From: Zygophlyctis sp. KS116
Taxonomy: Eukaryota > Fungi > Chytridiomycota
DNA length: 32,000 bases
Reading direction: 5' to 3'
NCBI GenBank assembly: GCA_054661495.1
Contig: BAAFSQ010000003.1
Span: 60,001 to 92,000 of the forward strand
Part shown: one piece after another, positions 11,501-21,542 of the stretch
Numbering within the stretch: position 1 is the stretch's first letter
Layout: every line of letters begins with the position of its first letter
Translations under genes and position numbers: made by a program
The notes under the pieces: generated by a model
Database searches by the model: none
The model's input: the letters and a program-made list of their open reading frames with translations, nothing else
Told to the model about the DNA's origin: nothing

Positions 11501-12869
11501 TGAAAGTACTATTAGTCCACTATGGAAAGAATTTTTGAGTAAGAATCAGTCTAGTTCTCCTTCTGAAATCAAAGATTCATTTCCATTCTTGGAATTTTTT
11601 TCAGATCGTAGCAGTCCTCTTTTCAACGAGGAAATGTCTTTTTCTGATGCTTTACATGTTGCAAAAGGCTGCTATGAATATATAAGATCTATTTTTATAG
11701 ATCTCTCCGAGTTAAGACCTTTTGAAATTTTAAGAGCTGGAGAAGATCGGGCGGATTACTTAATCATGAAGGGTGTAAGAGTGGTAGCATTAACCAGCGC
11801 GTACGCCTCCCTTCATCGTGAAAAACTCCTCCGTCTTGGATTCAGGTTTGAAAGTCTAATCATTCTTGACGCTGGACAGCTTTTAGACTCTGAAGTATTC
11901 TTTACTTTTCTTTTGCAGGGATTACACGAGGAAACTGGTTTGTCTCGGCTGGAAAGGCTAATTATGGTTGGCGATGATTCACGTTTACCTCCAAAAGTTT
12001 CCAGTACAGCTCTTTCAAGGAAATGCAATCTGAATCAAAGTTTATTTTCCAGGCTCACCCGTTTAGGCTTTCCAGTGATTGAACTAGAGGAACAGTCTGA
12101 ATACCGCCCCACAATTGCAAATATATTCAGATCTTGCTATAAGGAGTTGGTTGACTCACCTTTAATATCAGAAATAGAAAATTTCAAGTACGCTAATCCT
12201 GGTTTTTGCTTTGAAACGCAATTTATAAATGTTGATGATTATATGGGAAGAGGTGAAACGGAGCCAAGAAAGCAATTTATTCAAAATTTAGGAGAAGCAG
12301 AGTACGCAGTTGCTATTTATATGTATATGAGATTAGTCGGTTATCCTAATAATTTAATTTCTTTACTCACATCTACGCATGGTCAAAAAGAGCTAATTAA
12401 GGACATTATCAAACAAAGATGTGGATGGAATAATTTTTTTGGAATGCCATCTGTTGTAGCAACTTTTGATGAATATTCAGACCAGAAGAATGCTTATGTT
12501 ATTTTGTCTTTGGTTAGGACAACAAATCTAGGAAATCTTGCTGATGGCCGGCGACTTTTATCTGCATTTTCTAGGGCAACGACCGGATTATATATACTTG
12601 GACGGAAGAGCATTTTTGAAGATTCTGATGTTTTCCAAAATTCATTCAAGAGCCTCTGGACATACCCTCATAATCATTTATGGATTAATACCGAAGAAGT
12701 TTTTGAAGATAAGTCTAGAAGTGTAGATAATCATCACCTAAAGTTTGTTTCAAAGTCTTCAGAATGGCAAGTTTCAAAGAAAGAGCAGGATGAGGTCAGA
12801 GGGATTGGTAGTGTTGAAGAAATGGGTGATTTGGTGCATGCTTTGTCCGAGAAGAAATTAAAGGATTAA
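8552..12869 (+). CDS. AQR: Intron-binding spliceosomal protein Aquarius (AQR/Cwf11) with degenerate helicase motifs
   Basis: Introns 8807-8831, 10821-10846 and 11085-11109. Aquarius signatures: QIPSRRFF, YLTLSDYLYR, VELDPHQY, FRDTFLDIDHIKESFP, IDERHILRLGH, ELRPFEILR, QNLGEAEYAVAIYMYMRLVGYP. Confidence 0.92.
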
Positions 12870-12895
12870 AGCACTGCTTAAATTTGAAAATTTAA

Positions 12896-14365
12896 ATGTT
12901 TCGAATAATAATGATCTTGATATTGTGTATTAATGAGACTCATAGCAGAATTATTAGATCAAGGCCCAATCATGAGTTGGACTATCCAGTGCGTGAATTG
13001 GCAATTGTATACTACTCGCAATCTTCAACTTTAACATTGAAACAGAAATATCATAGATCGCCAATCATTAAAATGAAGATTAAATCAAAGGGATCATGCT
13101 TAAATGTTGATAATGTCTTCGGACTAGAATCCATCATTTGCCGTGATGATCGTATGCACATGAAGCTAAACAGGAAGCTTTCAATATCTCACTGGAATGT
13201 GTCAGATGGCATAACATTTCTTATCAATCCTCATTGGAACTGTTTGGGCAATCATCGGGCTGTATTTCTATACTCTAAATCTTTCATTGCTTTATCAAAT
13301 GAACTAGTATTCAAAGTTCAGACTGTTCACCCAACAGATGTTATTGATGAATATGAATTTTTAATCAGGCCTAATAATGAATACACTCAGGAACTACTTG
13401 TTGGCGACGCTCAAGGCAATAATATGATGGCACCAAATGAATTAGAAAAAATGGATGATACACTGCCATTCGATTATGATTTATCTGGGCAATCATGGGA
13501 TGTTGTGCTAGGGAATACACATTCTTTGCAGCCTTCATCTGCTACAATTTATTGTATATCGTGTCATTTATCAGGGACTAATGCTCTATATTCTAATCTG
13601 AAAGGATCAACTGCTATAGATAAGCTTGATGCGGTTTTCAAAACTGGTATTAGTTCTTCTTTAAATGCGGATTTAGAATTGGTCCTGGAAATAACAAATC
13701 TTGCAATATCAAGTAAACTGGGGCTTATGTCATGGAAACAATCTATATTCAAGTTAAATTTCTTGCCAATTTCAATACCTGGATTATTCGACATTGGTAA
13801 TATGCTATATATAAAGTCATCATAGAAGCAGCAATATGGATTGATGCCTCATTGCATTTTGCACTCTTAGGAAAAGGGAATATTACCATTAATTTTTCAT
13901 TTAATCAATCACAATCATTTACAGAAATGGAAGTAAAAAATGAAAATCCGCAAATATTTAATATCTCAAGTAGACCCATCATTAAAATTGGACTTGAGAA
14001 TCCAACAAACGATTTTTCGGTATTCATATAACAATTAATCGAAGGTTTATGGCGCATCTGTAATTTCTCCTTCCGTGGGTATTCGTGTCAGATTATTCGA
14101 TAGACCATTTAACTCTTTCGTTGGACTTCGTTATGATGTTGGCGTATCATCTCAAATTGATATTTATTCTGCCCCATTTAAAAAGGATCATCTAAAAATT
14201 ATATTTTCAGAATGTCCGAATGGTAGTTTTGGGTTTTCAAAAGACCGTTTTGTGAAAGTTGTTGGAAATGTTGGACCATTTGAACATTGTATTTGGGCTC
14301 CTGAAATATATAATTTAGATAAAGGATGTATTCCCGCAGATCAGATTCAATACTCAAATTTGTAA
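12896..14365 (+). CDS. Secreted beta-rich protein of unknown function, paralogue A (resembles fungal DUF7029/DUF7223-type proteins)
   Basis: Signal peptide MFRIIMILILCINETHS; introns 13797-13825 (alternative acceptor 13816) and 14020-14044; paralogous to the next gene (C..C.L/V.GT, IPG.F, terminal GCI). Confidence 0.65.
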
Positions 14366-14917
14366 AGCATCACAAGCATATTTGTCAGCTGCTTCAATAC
14401 GATCAATCATTAAAATGGCAATCCACAATTGTTTTTATTTTTTATTCAATTTCTTAATTGTTTCCAGCCATTTCCTTAGTTCCTATCCAAAGCATGAATT
14501 CGGATCACCTTCCCAGCGACTCGTTGCTCTTTATCATTCAGGATTTCTGGCTGCACACCACAATTTAACATTGAAACAGAAATATCATAGATCGCCAATC
14601 ATTAAAATGAAGATTAAATCAAAGGGATCATGCTTAAATGTTGATAATGTCTTCGGACTAGAATCCATCATTTGCCGTGATGATCGTATGCACATGAAGC
14701 TAAACAGGAAGCTTTCAATATCTCACTGGAATGTGTCAGATGGCATAACATTTCTTATCAATCCTCATTGGAACTGTTTGGGCAATCATCGGGCTGTATT
14801 TCTATACTCTAAATCTTTCATTGCTTTATCAAATGAACTAGTATTCAAAGTTCAGACTGTTCACCCAACAGATGTTATTGATGAATATGAATTTTTAATC
14901 AGGCCTAATAATGAATA
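13030..14917 (+). repeat. 354-bp identical direct repeat (13030-13383 and 14564-14917)
   Basis: Both copies run from TTTAACATTGAAACAG to GGCCTAATAATGAATA at offset 1534; no mismatch seen by eye; flanks strongly diverged. Confidence 0.9.
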
Positions 14918-15808
14918 TCATCGCAATCTATTGTTTTATGATCGTATCACTGAACACGACAATAATACTACTGATCATCTAAAGCCGTTCAATTACTCAT
15001 TCACTGGAACTTTATTTGATACAAGTGCACCTTTCACCAATGTCATCAAAAACTATTTTAGAATATCCTGTGAGAATTGTACTGTTGAAGGAACGACAGA
15101 GTTATCTGCACATATTCGTGGCCCGGGCTTACTGAATAAAGCCCATGCGGTAATTGAAACGGGTATCGGATCAGCCTTAAATTTAAAGTTGATATTGGTT
15201 TTAAAAAGTGTTGGTGTATTTCTCGATCCATTTAGTTGGAATCGTAATTTGTTCAAACTAAAACTATTTCCTTGGTCTGTTCCTGGGATATTTGAACCTG
15301 GTATATTTACAATTACTTAAGATTAGATGTTTCTTTCAAGATTGATTTATCAAGCAGTATCCGACCACTAGCAGAAGGGGTATCACGATTTGCTATATCT
15401 CTCAACCATGATTACTCAAGAGTAACTATGCACTCTGAAAATGGGATTTCTAATACTACCATGGATATGCAAGAACCAATATTTTCTGCAAATTCAACTT
15501 CCAATTTCAAGGGTGTCAGTTTCATCGGTTCTATTAATTTTTCCCCGTCTATTACTGCATCAATATCCTTCTTTAGAATGGCTGTTCCTCTGGCAGCCAT
15601 TTCATATAATACAGGATTTTCAGCAGTTGTAGATAATTTATCTGGAAATCTATATAATCAATGTAAATCCAACTCTTTTAATCTAACTGCATTTGGAAAT
15701 TTTAAAGGATCGATTGGTAATTTTAGTAGAAATATGTTGCGTCCGATCACTAAAAAGCTCAAGAGTGGATGCATCAATCCAATTCCACAGCGAAACGTAG
15801 GGCGATAA
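14415..15808 (+). CDS. Secreted beta-rich protein of unknown function, paralogue B
   Basis: ATG at 14415 (MAIHNCFYFLFNFLIVSS signal peptide); intron 15301-15326 at the position homologous to intron 1 of paralogue A. Confidence 0.65.
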
Positions 15809-15820
15809 AACTTTAAACAA

Positions 15821-17202
15821 ATGTCTGTTCTCTTGGAAACATCTCTAGGAGAGATCGTTATTGACTTGTATCTTGAGAAATGTCCAAAGGCCAGTCTCAA
15901 CTTTTTAAAACTCTGCAAAGTAAAATATTATAATTTCTCTTTATTTCACAATGTGCAAAAAGGATTTATGGCACAAACAGGCAAACCCGGAGCCGTCGAT
16001 GCTTTTGAAACTGGGGAATCTGTTTGGGGGTAAATTGATGATTAATAATGATAGGCTGATCCATGGAGCCGATAAGCGATATTTTGTTCCTGAATTTCAT
16101 CCAAAGTTGAAACATAATCAAAAAGGGATAGTATCAATGGCTACAGTGACTTCTGAAAATGGAACCCACTTGGCTGGATCTCAATTTTTTATTACTCTTT
16201 CAGATGGTCATTTGGAGTATTTAGATGGTAAAATGTCAGTTTTTGGAGTTGTTGCTGAAGGTTTAGACGTTTTGGATAAAATCAATGAAACTATTACTGA
16301 TACTGAAGGGATTCCGTATAAAGACATTCGGATAAAACATACTATAATTTTAGAAGATCCTTTTGATGATCCGTCAGGCTTGATAGTCCCTGATCGATCA
16401 CCAATTTTAACTGAAGAAATGTTGAGAAAAGGAAGGATAGGAGAAGATGATGGGGAAGAGGAAGAATTGGATCCTGAAGCCTTGGAAAAAAGGACACGAG
16501 AAAGAGAAGCTGAAGCTAGAGCACTTACTCTTGAAATGGTGGGAGATTTACCATTTGCTGAAGTCAAACCTCCAGAGAATGTATTATTTGTATGCAAATT
16601 GAATCATGTTACACGCGATGATGACTTGGAACTGATATTTTCAAGATTTGGCAAAGTCTCTAGGTAATTTCAAGATTTAATTTTGTAGTTGTGAAATTAT
16701 TAGAGATCCTAAAACTGGAGAGTCTTTACAATATGCATTTATTGAATTTGAAGATAAAGAAGCATGTGAAGAAGCATATTTCAAGATGGATAATGTTTTA
16801 ATAGACGACCGTAGAATCCATGTTGATTTCTCACAAAGTGTATCAAAACTTCACCAAGACTTTTTAAGAGGAAATAGAAATCCATTAGATGATTCTTTTG
16901 GAGGAAGTTCAAATCTAAAAAAGAAGACCCAATATAGAGACCAAGAGTATTCACGTTCAAAGTATGATTTAGTTTTTGAACATTCTGGTAATATTTCTGT
17001 AGAAAAGAAAAGAAAAGAGAGCCATGATTCAGTTGGACATGATAAAAGTAGAAATAGATCAAGAGAAAGATATAATCAAAGAGATGATTCTAGAGATCGC
17101 TCTAGAGAACGTACCAGACGTCGCTCAAGAGATCGTTCTAGAGATCGCTCAAGAGACCGCTCTAGAGGAGATCGTCAGAATCGTTATACATCACATCGAT
17201 AA
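15821..17202 (+). CDS. PPIL4: Cyclophilin-RRM-RS protein PPIL4/Rct1/Cyp59
   Basis: [83 protein letters not shown] tail; introns 16030-16054 and 16664-16688. Confidence 0.95.
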
Positions 17203-17221
17203 AAACAATTATATTATCTTA

Positions 17222-17725
17222 TTATCTTTTGCCTTCTGTCAAATCAATTACAGACTTGTCAATATTTTTCCAAGTTTCCCTAATTAAATCAAAGATTTCA
17301 GATTGTAAATCCCCTTGCACTACAATTTCATCCAAACCTTGATTATTCTTTGAGACTGACGACCCAGTTGCAAATTTATTAGCAAATAGTTTAGCAGCCT
17401 TTTTCAAATCAACTGAATAGTGTTCGAGTCCTAAAATACATGTAACACATTTTCTTTTATTCCTTTCTGATCTCTTGATAATGACTTTTGCAACATCCTT
17501 CTTCTTTGCAATTTTCCCTGAAATTTTTAAATTCTCTACTGATAAGTCTCCCTTGAGTTTTTGATGTAAAGCAGAATGATTTGATTTCAGCCATTCCATA
17601 CAATCAGCCTCTGACGGACCAAACTCACAGTATTCTGATGGTAGTGTGCATATATTGCAGTAGACTATATCAGATATGATTCTTGATGGTGGCACCTCTA
17701 CTGGCGACAAGGACTCTGTTTGCAT
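17222..17725 (-). CDS. DENR: Density-regulated protein / Tma22 (SUI1-domain reinitiation factor)
   Basis: YCNICTLPSEYCEFG zinc site; RNKRKCVT, KFATGSSV and EIVVQGD SUI1 motifs. Confidence 0.93.
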   Translation of the reverse strand: MQTESLSPVEVPPSRIISDIVYCNICTLPSEYCEFGPSEADCMEWLKSNHSALHQKLKGDLSVENLKISGKIAKKKDVAKVIIKRSERNKRKCVTCILGLEHYSVDLKKAAKLFANKFATGSSVSKNNQGLDEIVVQGDLQSEIFDLIRETWKNIDKSVIDLTEGKR

Positions 17726-17826
17726 TCTGTAAACCTTAGCCTACTAATTCTGTTCCTAGTGTTCAAAATTATAACAAATCTTATAACCACACTAAACAAA
17801 ATTATAGAGAAAACCCTACAGTAAAA

Positions 17827-18418
17827 ATGGCGGCGGCCTTCCAACAGACTGTAATTATTCTCTCTCTAAACACATAGTCTCTTAAAACTATCCGCGCTTG
17901 TATAATCTTTGACTCTGAAGGAAACAGAATTCTCTCTAAATATTATGGAAACAAAATTTCTGAAAGTTTTGAAAAGAAATTATTCGAAAAAACTAAAAAA
18001 AATCCAAATAATGATATTATCATGTTGGATCGACAACTTGTATTGTATAAATCCTGTGGTGACGTTTTCATTTATTTTATTGCAAATTCTCCTTTTGAAA
18101 ATGAAATCATGTTGTTTGGAATTTTAAATTCCTTTTATGATGCATTAGTCATTCTATTAAAGAATCAAGTCGAAAAAAGAATTATTTTGGAAAATTTAGA
18201 TTTAATTCTTTTAGCAATTGATGAAACAATTGATGATGGGTAAGTATTTTTCTAAAAATTTTAAATTTTATAGAATTGTGCTAGAATTAGACTCTTCTAA
18301 TATTGCATCTCGTGTATCAAAGAGAAGCGATAGAGATAATGTTCCTTTATCTGAACAAACATTGTCTCAAGCACTAAGATCAGCACAAGAAACAATTGCA
18401 AGATCTTTATTAAAATGA
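17827..18418 (+). CDS. RET3: Coatomer subunit zeta (Ret3/COPZ)
   Basis: Introns 17851-17877 and 18240-18273; IFDSEGNRILSKYY, ENEIML, VEKRIILENLDLILLAIDETIDDGIVLELD, LSEQTLSQA. Confidence 0.93.
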
Positions 18419-18778
18419 TTAAGAATTCTTAATTTTACGTCTATTTGGTCTTATTTTTATAGGTGCATTTGGGAGATTCATTCCTCTTTTATACCATTCT
18501 CTACAAGACATCAAATATTTACGATCAGAGATTTTAAGGCCTAAACTAGACAATTTTGAAGATGAAAAAGTAAATAAATCTGACCAATTTTGGAATTTTG
18601 AAGAATATTGATCCATGGATCGTCCAATAGATTTTAGAAATGTTGTTACATCTGCAACATCTTCTCTTGCAGGTGGAACCCATGTTCTTTTTGCTGGGTT
18701 GGGAAGGGATAGATAATCTAGTCCTTTTCTCCAGGAATTGAGATTAGAAATTGTTATTTTAGATCGAGAAAATATCAT
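18419..18778 (-). CDS. FYV4: Mitochondrial small-subunit ribosomal protein mS41/Fyv4 (IGR domain)
   Basis: DVTTFLKSIGR..KFQNWSDLF..LGL..DRKYLM IGR motif; basic N-terminal presequence. Confidence 0.85.
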   Translation of the reverse strand: MIFSRSKITISNLNSWRKGLDYLSLPNPAKRTWVPPAREDVADVTTFLKSIGRSMDQYSSKFQNWSDLFTFSSSKLSSLGLKISDRKYLMSCREWYKRGMNLPNAPIKIRPNRRKIKNS

Positions 18779-18908
18779 TAGGGCTTCAATTATGTAAGGG
18801 TTTCAGTATTAAAGTTTTTAAATTTACTCTAAATGCAGATGATGTCTTTTGAGAGAATTTTCTCAAATTATTAAAATGTTTACACCATTATAATAATCTT
18901 GTAGTAAA

Positions 18909-20145
18909 CTATACCTTCAACTTTTCTTGCATAAATGCGACTGTTGTAGCCTTTTTAATGGCTCTTCTGTCTCGCCTCTGAGCTTTAATCGCTTGTTTTC
19001 GTGCTTTTTTTTCCTCTGCACTTTCTTTTTTAGATCTAGCAATTCCTAAATTCTCTATTTTAATAAACTCTAAAAATAAAATTACCCTTTTCAGACTCTG
19101 ATTCCTCTTCTGTCTCTATTATAGGTTTCATAATGGGTTTAAGTGATATTTTTGCTTTTGGCGCCTTTTTCAATATAGTAGGACGATTGTAAATATTGGA
19201 AAATGTACTTAAAATACTTTCACAATCCCATTCTTCTCTAATCTGCTCTTTAATGGATTCTACAGAAATTTCTGAACTAGAATCTTCATCTCTTAATTGT
19301 AAATTTTGCAAGTTATCTCTTAAAGTATCTTGTAAAGTATCTCTCTTTGGTATAACCCTTTGTTTTCTTCCAATAGTTTCTGTACTAGTTAAAAATTCAT
19401 CCAAAATATCATTGATTCTTTCAGAGTCTAAATCTTGTCCTAATTCATCTTCATCTTCTTCCTCATAAGTTTCCAAAACTTTTTCAAATCTGTTATCTAA
19501 AAGAGTTAAATTTGCATTTCTAAACATTGCAGAGGATGACATTGAAAAGTTTGTTTTTTGATCTTGATAAACTTCAAAATCTTCCAAAGAGTCTTGAGAG
19601 TCTTGTTCGCTGTCTATATCCTTTGAAATTTGATATTGCGACATTTCTTGATCATATTCAGTGTTTTGAGTTTTTTGAATCTTTTTTAAATTCTTTGGGA
19701 CTTGTTGAGAATTCAAAAAATCAAAATATTCTTCTCCATCCCCTTCAGATGTTAAATATTCTTCATCATCCAAGGCATACAATGTTTCATAAACTTCCGG
19801 GTCCATATTTGGATCAAACTCTGGTTCCTCTGGTAAAAATGACTGTTTAGCCTTTATAAATACTCCTGATGGATCTGATCCCATTGGTTTTAAATGTTTC
19901 AAATAATTATAATCATCATCATAGTACACACCATATTTAACATTTTCATTTATGGACGCATTGATAGATTCTTTAAAGTTTTTAGTTGATTCATCAATAG
20001 ACTCGACATTTTTCCTAGAATTTCCAGAATGAATTTCTTTTAAAACCATTTCTGAAGCGTCTTCATTTACAATTTTCTCCTTTTGAGGTCTGTATACCAA
20101 CTGATAAGACAGAGAGTTTTTCTTGTCAATAAATCCTTTTCCCAT
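18909..20145 (-). CDS. LTV1: 40S ribosome biogenesis factor Ltv1
   Basis: FIDKKNSLSYQLVYRPQ, YGVYYDDDYNYLKHLK, FSMSSSAMFRNANLTLLDNRFEKV, WDCESILSTFSNIYNRP. Intron 19055-19085 leads to RSKKESAEEKKARKQAIK. Exact 3' end uncertain (a further intron is possible). Confidence 0.93.
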
Positions 20146-20211
20146 TATTTTTCAACTGATAAGGTACAGAAAATTTTTTTTGTAAAGGTCAACAAAATTT
20201 TCTGCACTTGA
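20146..20211. promoter_or_regulatory. 66-bp bidirectional promoter LTV1/RRP3 with RRPE-like AAAATTTT motifs
   Basis: GAAAATTTTTT near 20169 and AAAATTTTTC near 20194, between two divergent ribosome-biogenesis genes. Confidence 0.5.
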
Positions 20212-21489
20212 ATGTCGTTTAAAGATCTAGGACTCGTCCCAGAACTGGTTGATGCCTGTTTAAAGTTGGGATTTACAGAACCAACTGAAATTCAAAAAGA
20301 GGCTATCCCATTAGCATTAGAAAAAGATCTCATTGGTCTAGCTCAGACTGGTAGTGGTAAAACTGCTGCATTTGCTTTACCCATTTTACAAAAACTATTT
20401 TTAAATCCACAACCATTTTTTGCTTGTGTCTTGGTTCCAACCAGAGAATTGGCTTTTCAAATATCTCAGCAGTTTGAAGCTTTGGGTTCTGGAATTGGTG
20501 CAAGGTCAACTGTAATTGTTGGGGGGATGGATATGATGTCTCAATCAATTGCATTATCAAAAAAGCCTCATGTGGTTATTTGTACTCCAGGAAGGCTGTT
20601 GGATCATTTAGAAAATACTAAAGGATTTAATCTAAAGCAGTTAAAATATCTAGTATTGGATGAAGCAGATAGATTATTAGATATGGATTTTGGTCCGGAA
20701 ATTGAAAAAATTCTAAAAGTGATTCCAAGAGAACGCTCAACATTACTATTTTCTGCTACAATGACATCAAAGGTAGATAAACTACAAAGAGCCAGTTTAG
20801 TAGATCCAGTAAAAGTTTCTGTGGACACAAAGTATACTACAGTTTCAACTTTGCAACAATCTTATCTCTTTTTTCCTTTTAAACACAAGGAAGTTTACTT
20901 GGTGTATTTATTAAATGAATTAGCAGGTCAGACAACAATTGTTTTTACATTAACTTGTAATTCTGCTCAAAAGTTGGCGTTAATGTTGAGAAATTTGGGA
21001 TTTTCTGCAATCTGTCTTCATGGTCAAATGTCTCAAACTAAAAGATTAGGGGCTTTAGGAAAGTTTAAAGCCGGTGGAAGGAATATTCTTATTGCTACCG
21101 ATGTTGCAAGTCGTGGGTTAGATATTGCTGGAGTTGATGTTGTCATTAATTATGATGTTCCTGGTAGTTCAAAGGATTATGTTCATCGTGTTGGTAGAAC
21201 TGCAAGAGCTGGAAAGTCTGGCAAATCTGTTACATTTGTTACTCAATATGACGTTGAGTGGTATCAGAGAGTTGAACATGCTATTCAAAAGAAATTAGAT
21301 GAATATCCAATCGGTGATAAGTCTCAAGTTATGATATTGAAGGAAAGAGTCGATGATGCTGTCAGATTTGCTCATATGCAAATGAAGGAAGAAAACATGG
21401 GGAAAGGAAGGAAACATAGAAATGAGGACTCGGAAGATCGAAATTCTCGAAAGAAAGTTAACAAGGTTCACGGAAGGAAAAAGTATTAA
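20212..21489 (+). CDS. RRP3: DEAD-box rRNA helicase Rrp3/DDX47
   Basis: [21 protein letters not shown] and [10 protein letters not shown] all intact; Rrp3-specific DHLENTKGF and VTQYDVE. Confidence 0.96.
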   Translation: MSFKDLGLVPELVDACLKLGFTEPTEIQKEAIPLALEKDLIGLAQTGSGKTAAFALPILQKLFLNPQPFFACVLVPTRELAFQISQQFEALGSGIGARSTVIVGGMDMMSQSIALSKKPHVVICTPGRLLDHLENTKGFNLKQLKYLVLDEADRLLDMDFGPEIEKILKVIPRERSTLLFSATMTSKVDKLQRASLVDPVKVSVDTKYTTVSTLQQSYLFFPFKHKEVYLVYLLNELAGQTTIVFTLTCNSAQKLALMLRNLGFSAICLHGQMSQTKRLGALGKFKAGGRNILIATDVASRGLDIAGVDVVINYDVPGSSKDYVHRVGRTARAGKSGKSVTFVTQYDVEWYQRVEHAIQKKLDEYPIGDKSQVMILKERVDDAVRFAHMQMKEENMGKGRKHRNEDSEDRNSRKKVNKVHGRKKY

Positions 21490-21542
21490 ACTATTTTGAT
21501 AGAAATAAAAGCATTAATCTCCTTTTTTAAATCACCCAAGTT

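Noticed and set aside
12896-15808. 354-bp direct repeats as LTRs of a mobile element
   Set aside because: The repeats are in-frame coding parts of two spliced secreted-protein genes; there are no TG..CA ends, target-site duplication or gag/pol content.
17041-17190. TCTAGAGATCG(C/T) 12-nt repeats
   Set aside because: They encode the ordinary RS/RD tail of PPIL4.
5958-17202. LSM2, AQR and PPIL4 as a splicing gene cluster
   Set aside because: They are separated by unrelated genes; three RNA-processing genes among about 25 is compatible with chance, and I cannot test synteny.
1209-20828. Short alternative-frame or antisense ORFs nested in real genes (e.g. 1209-1433, 5035-5250, 11813-12028, 16208-16597, 19196-19468, 20604-20828)
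   Set aside because: They lie within conserved genes and have no independent coding signal.
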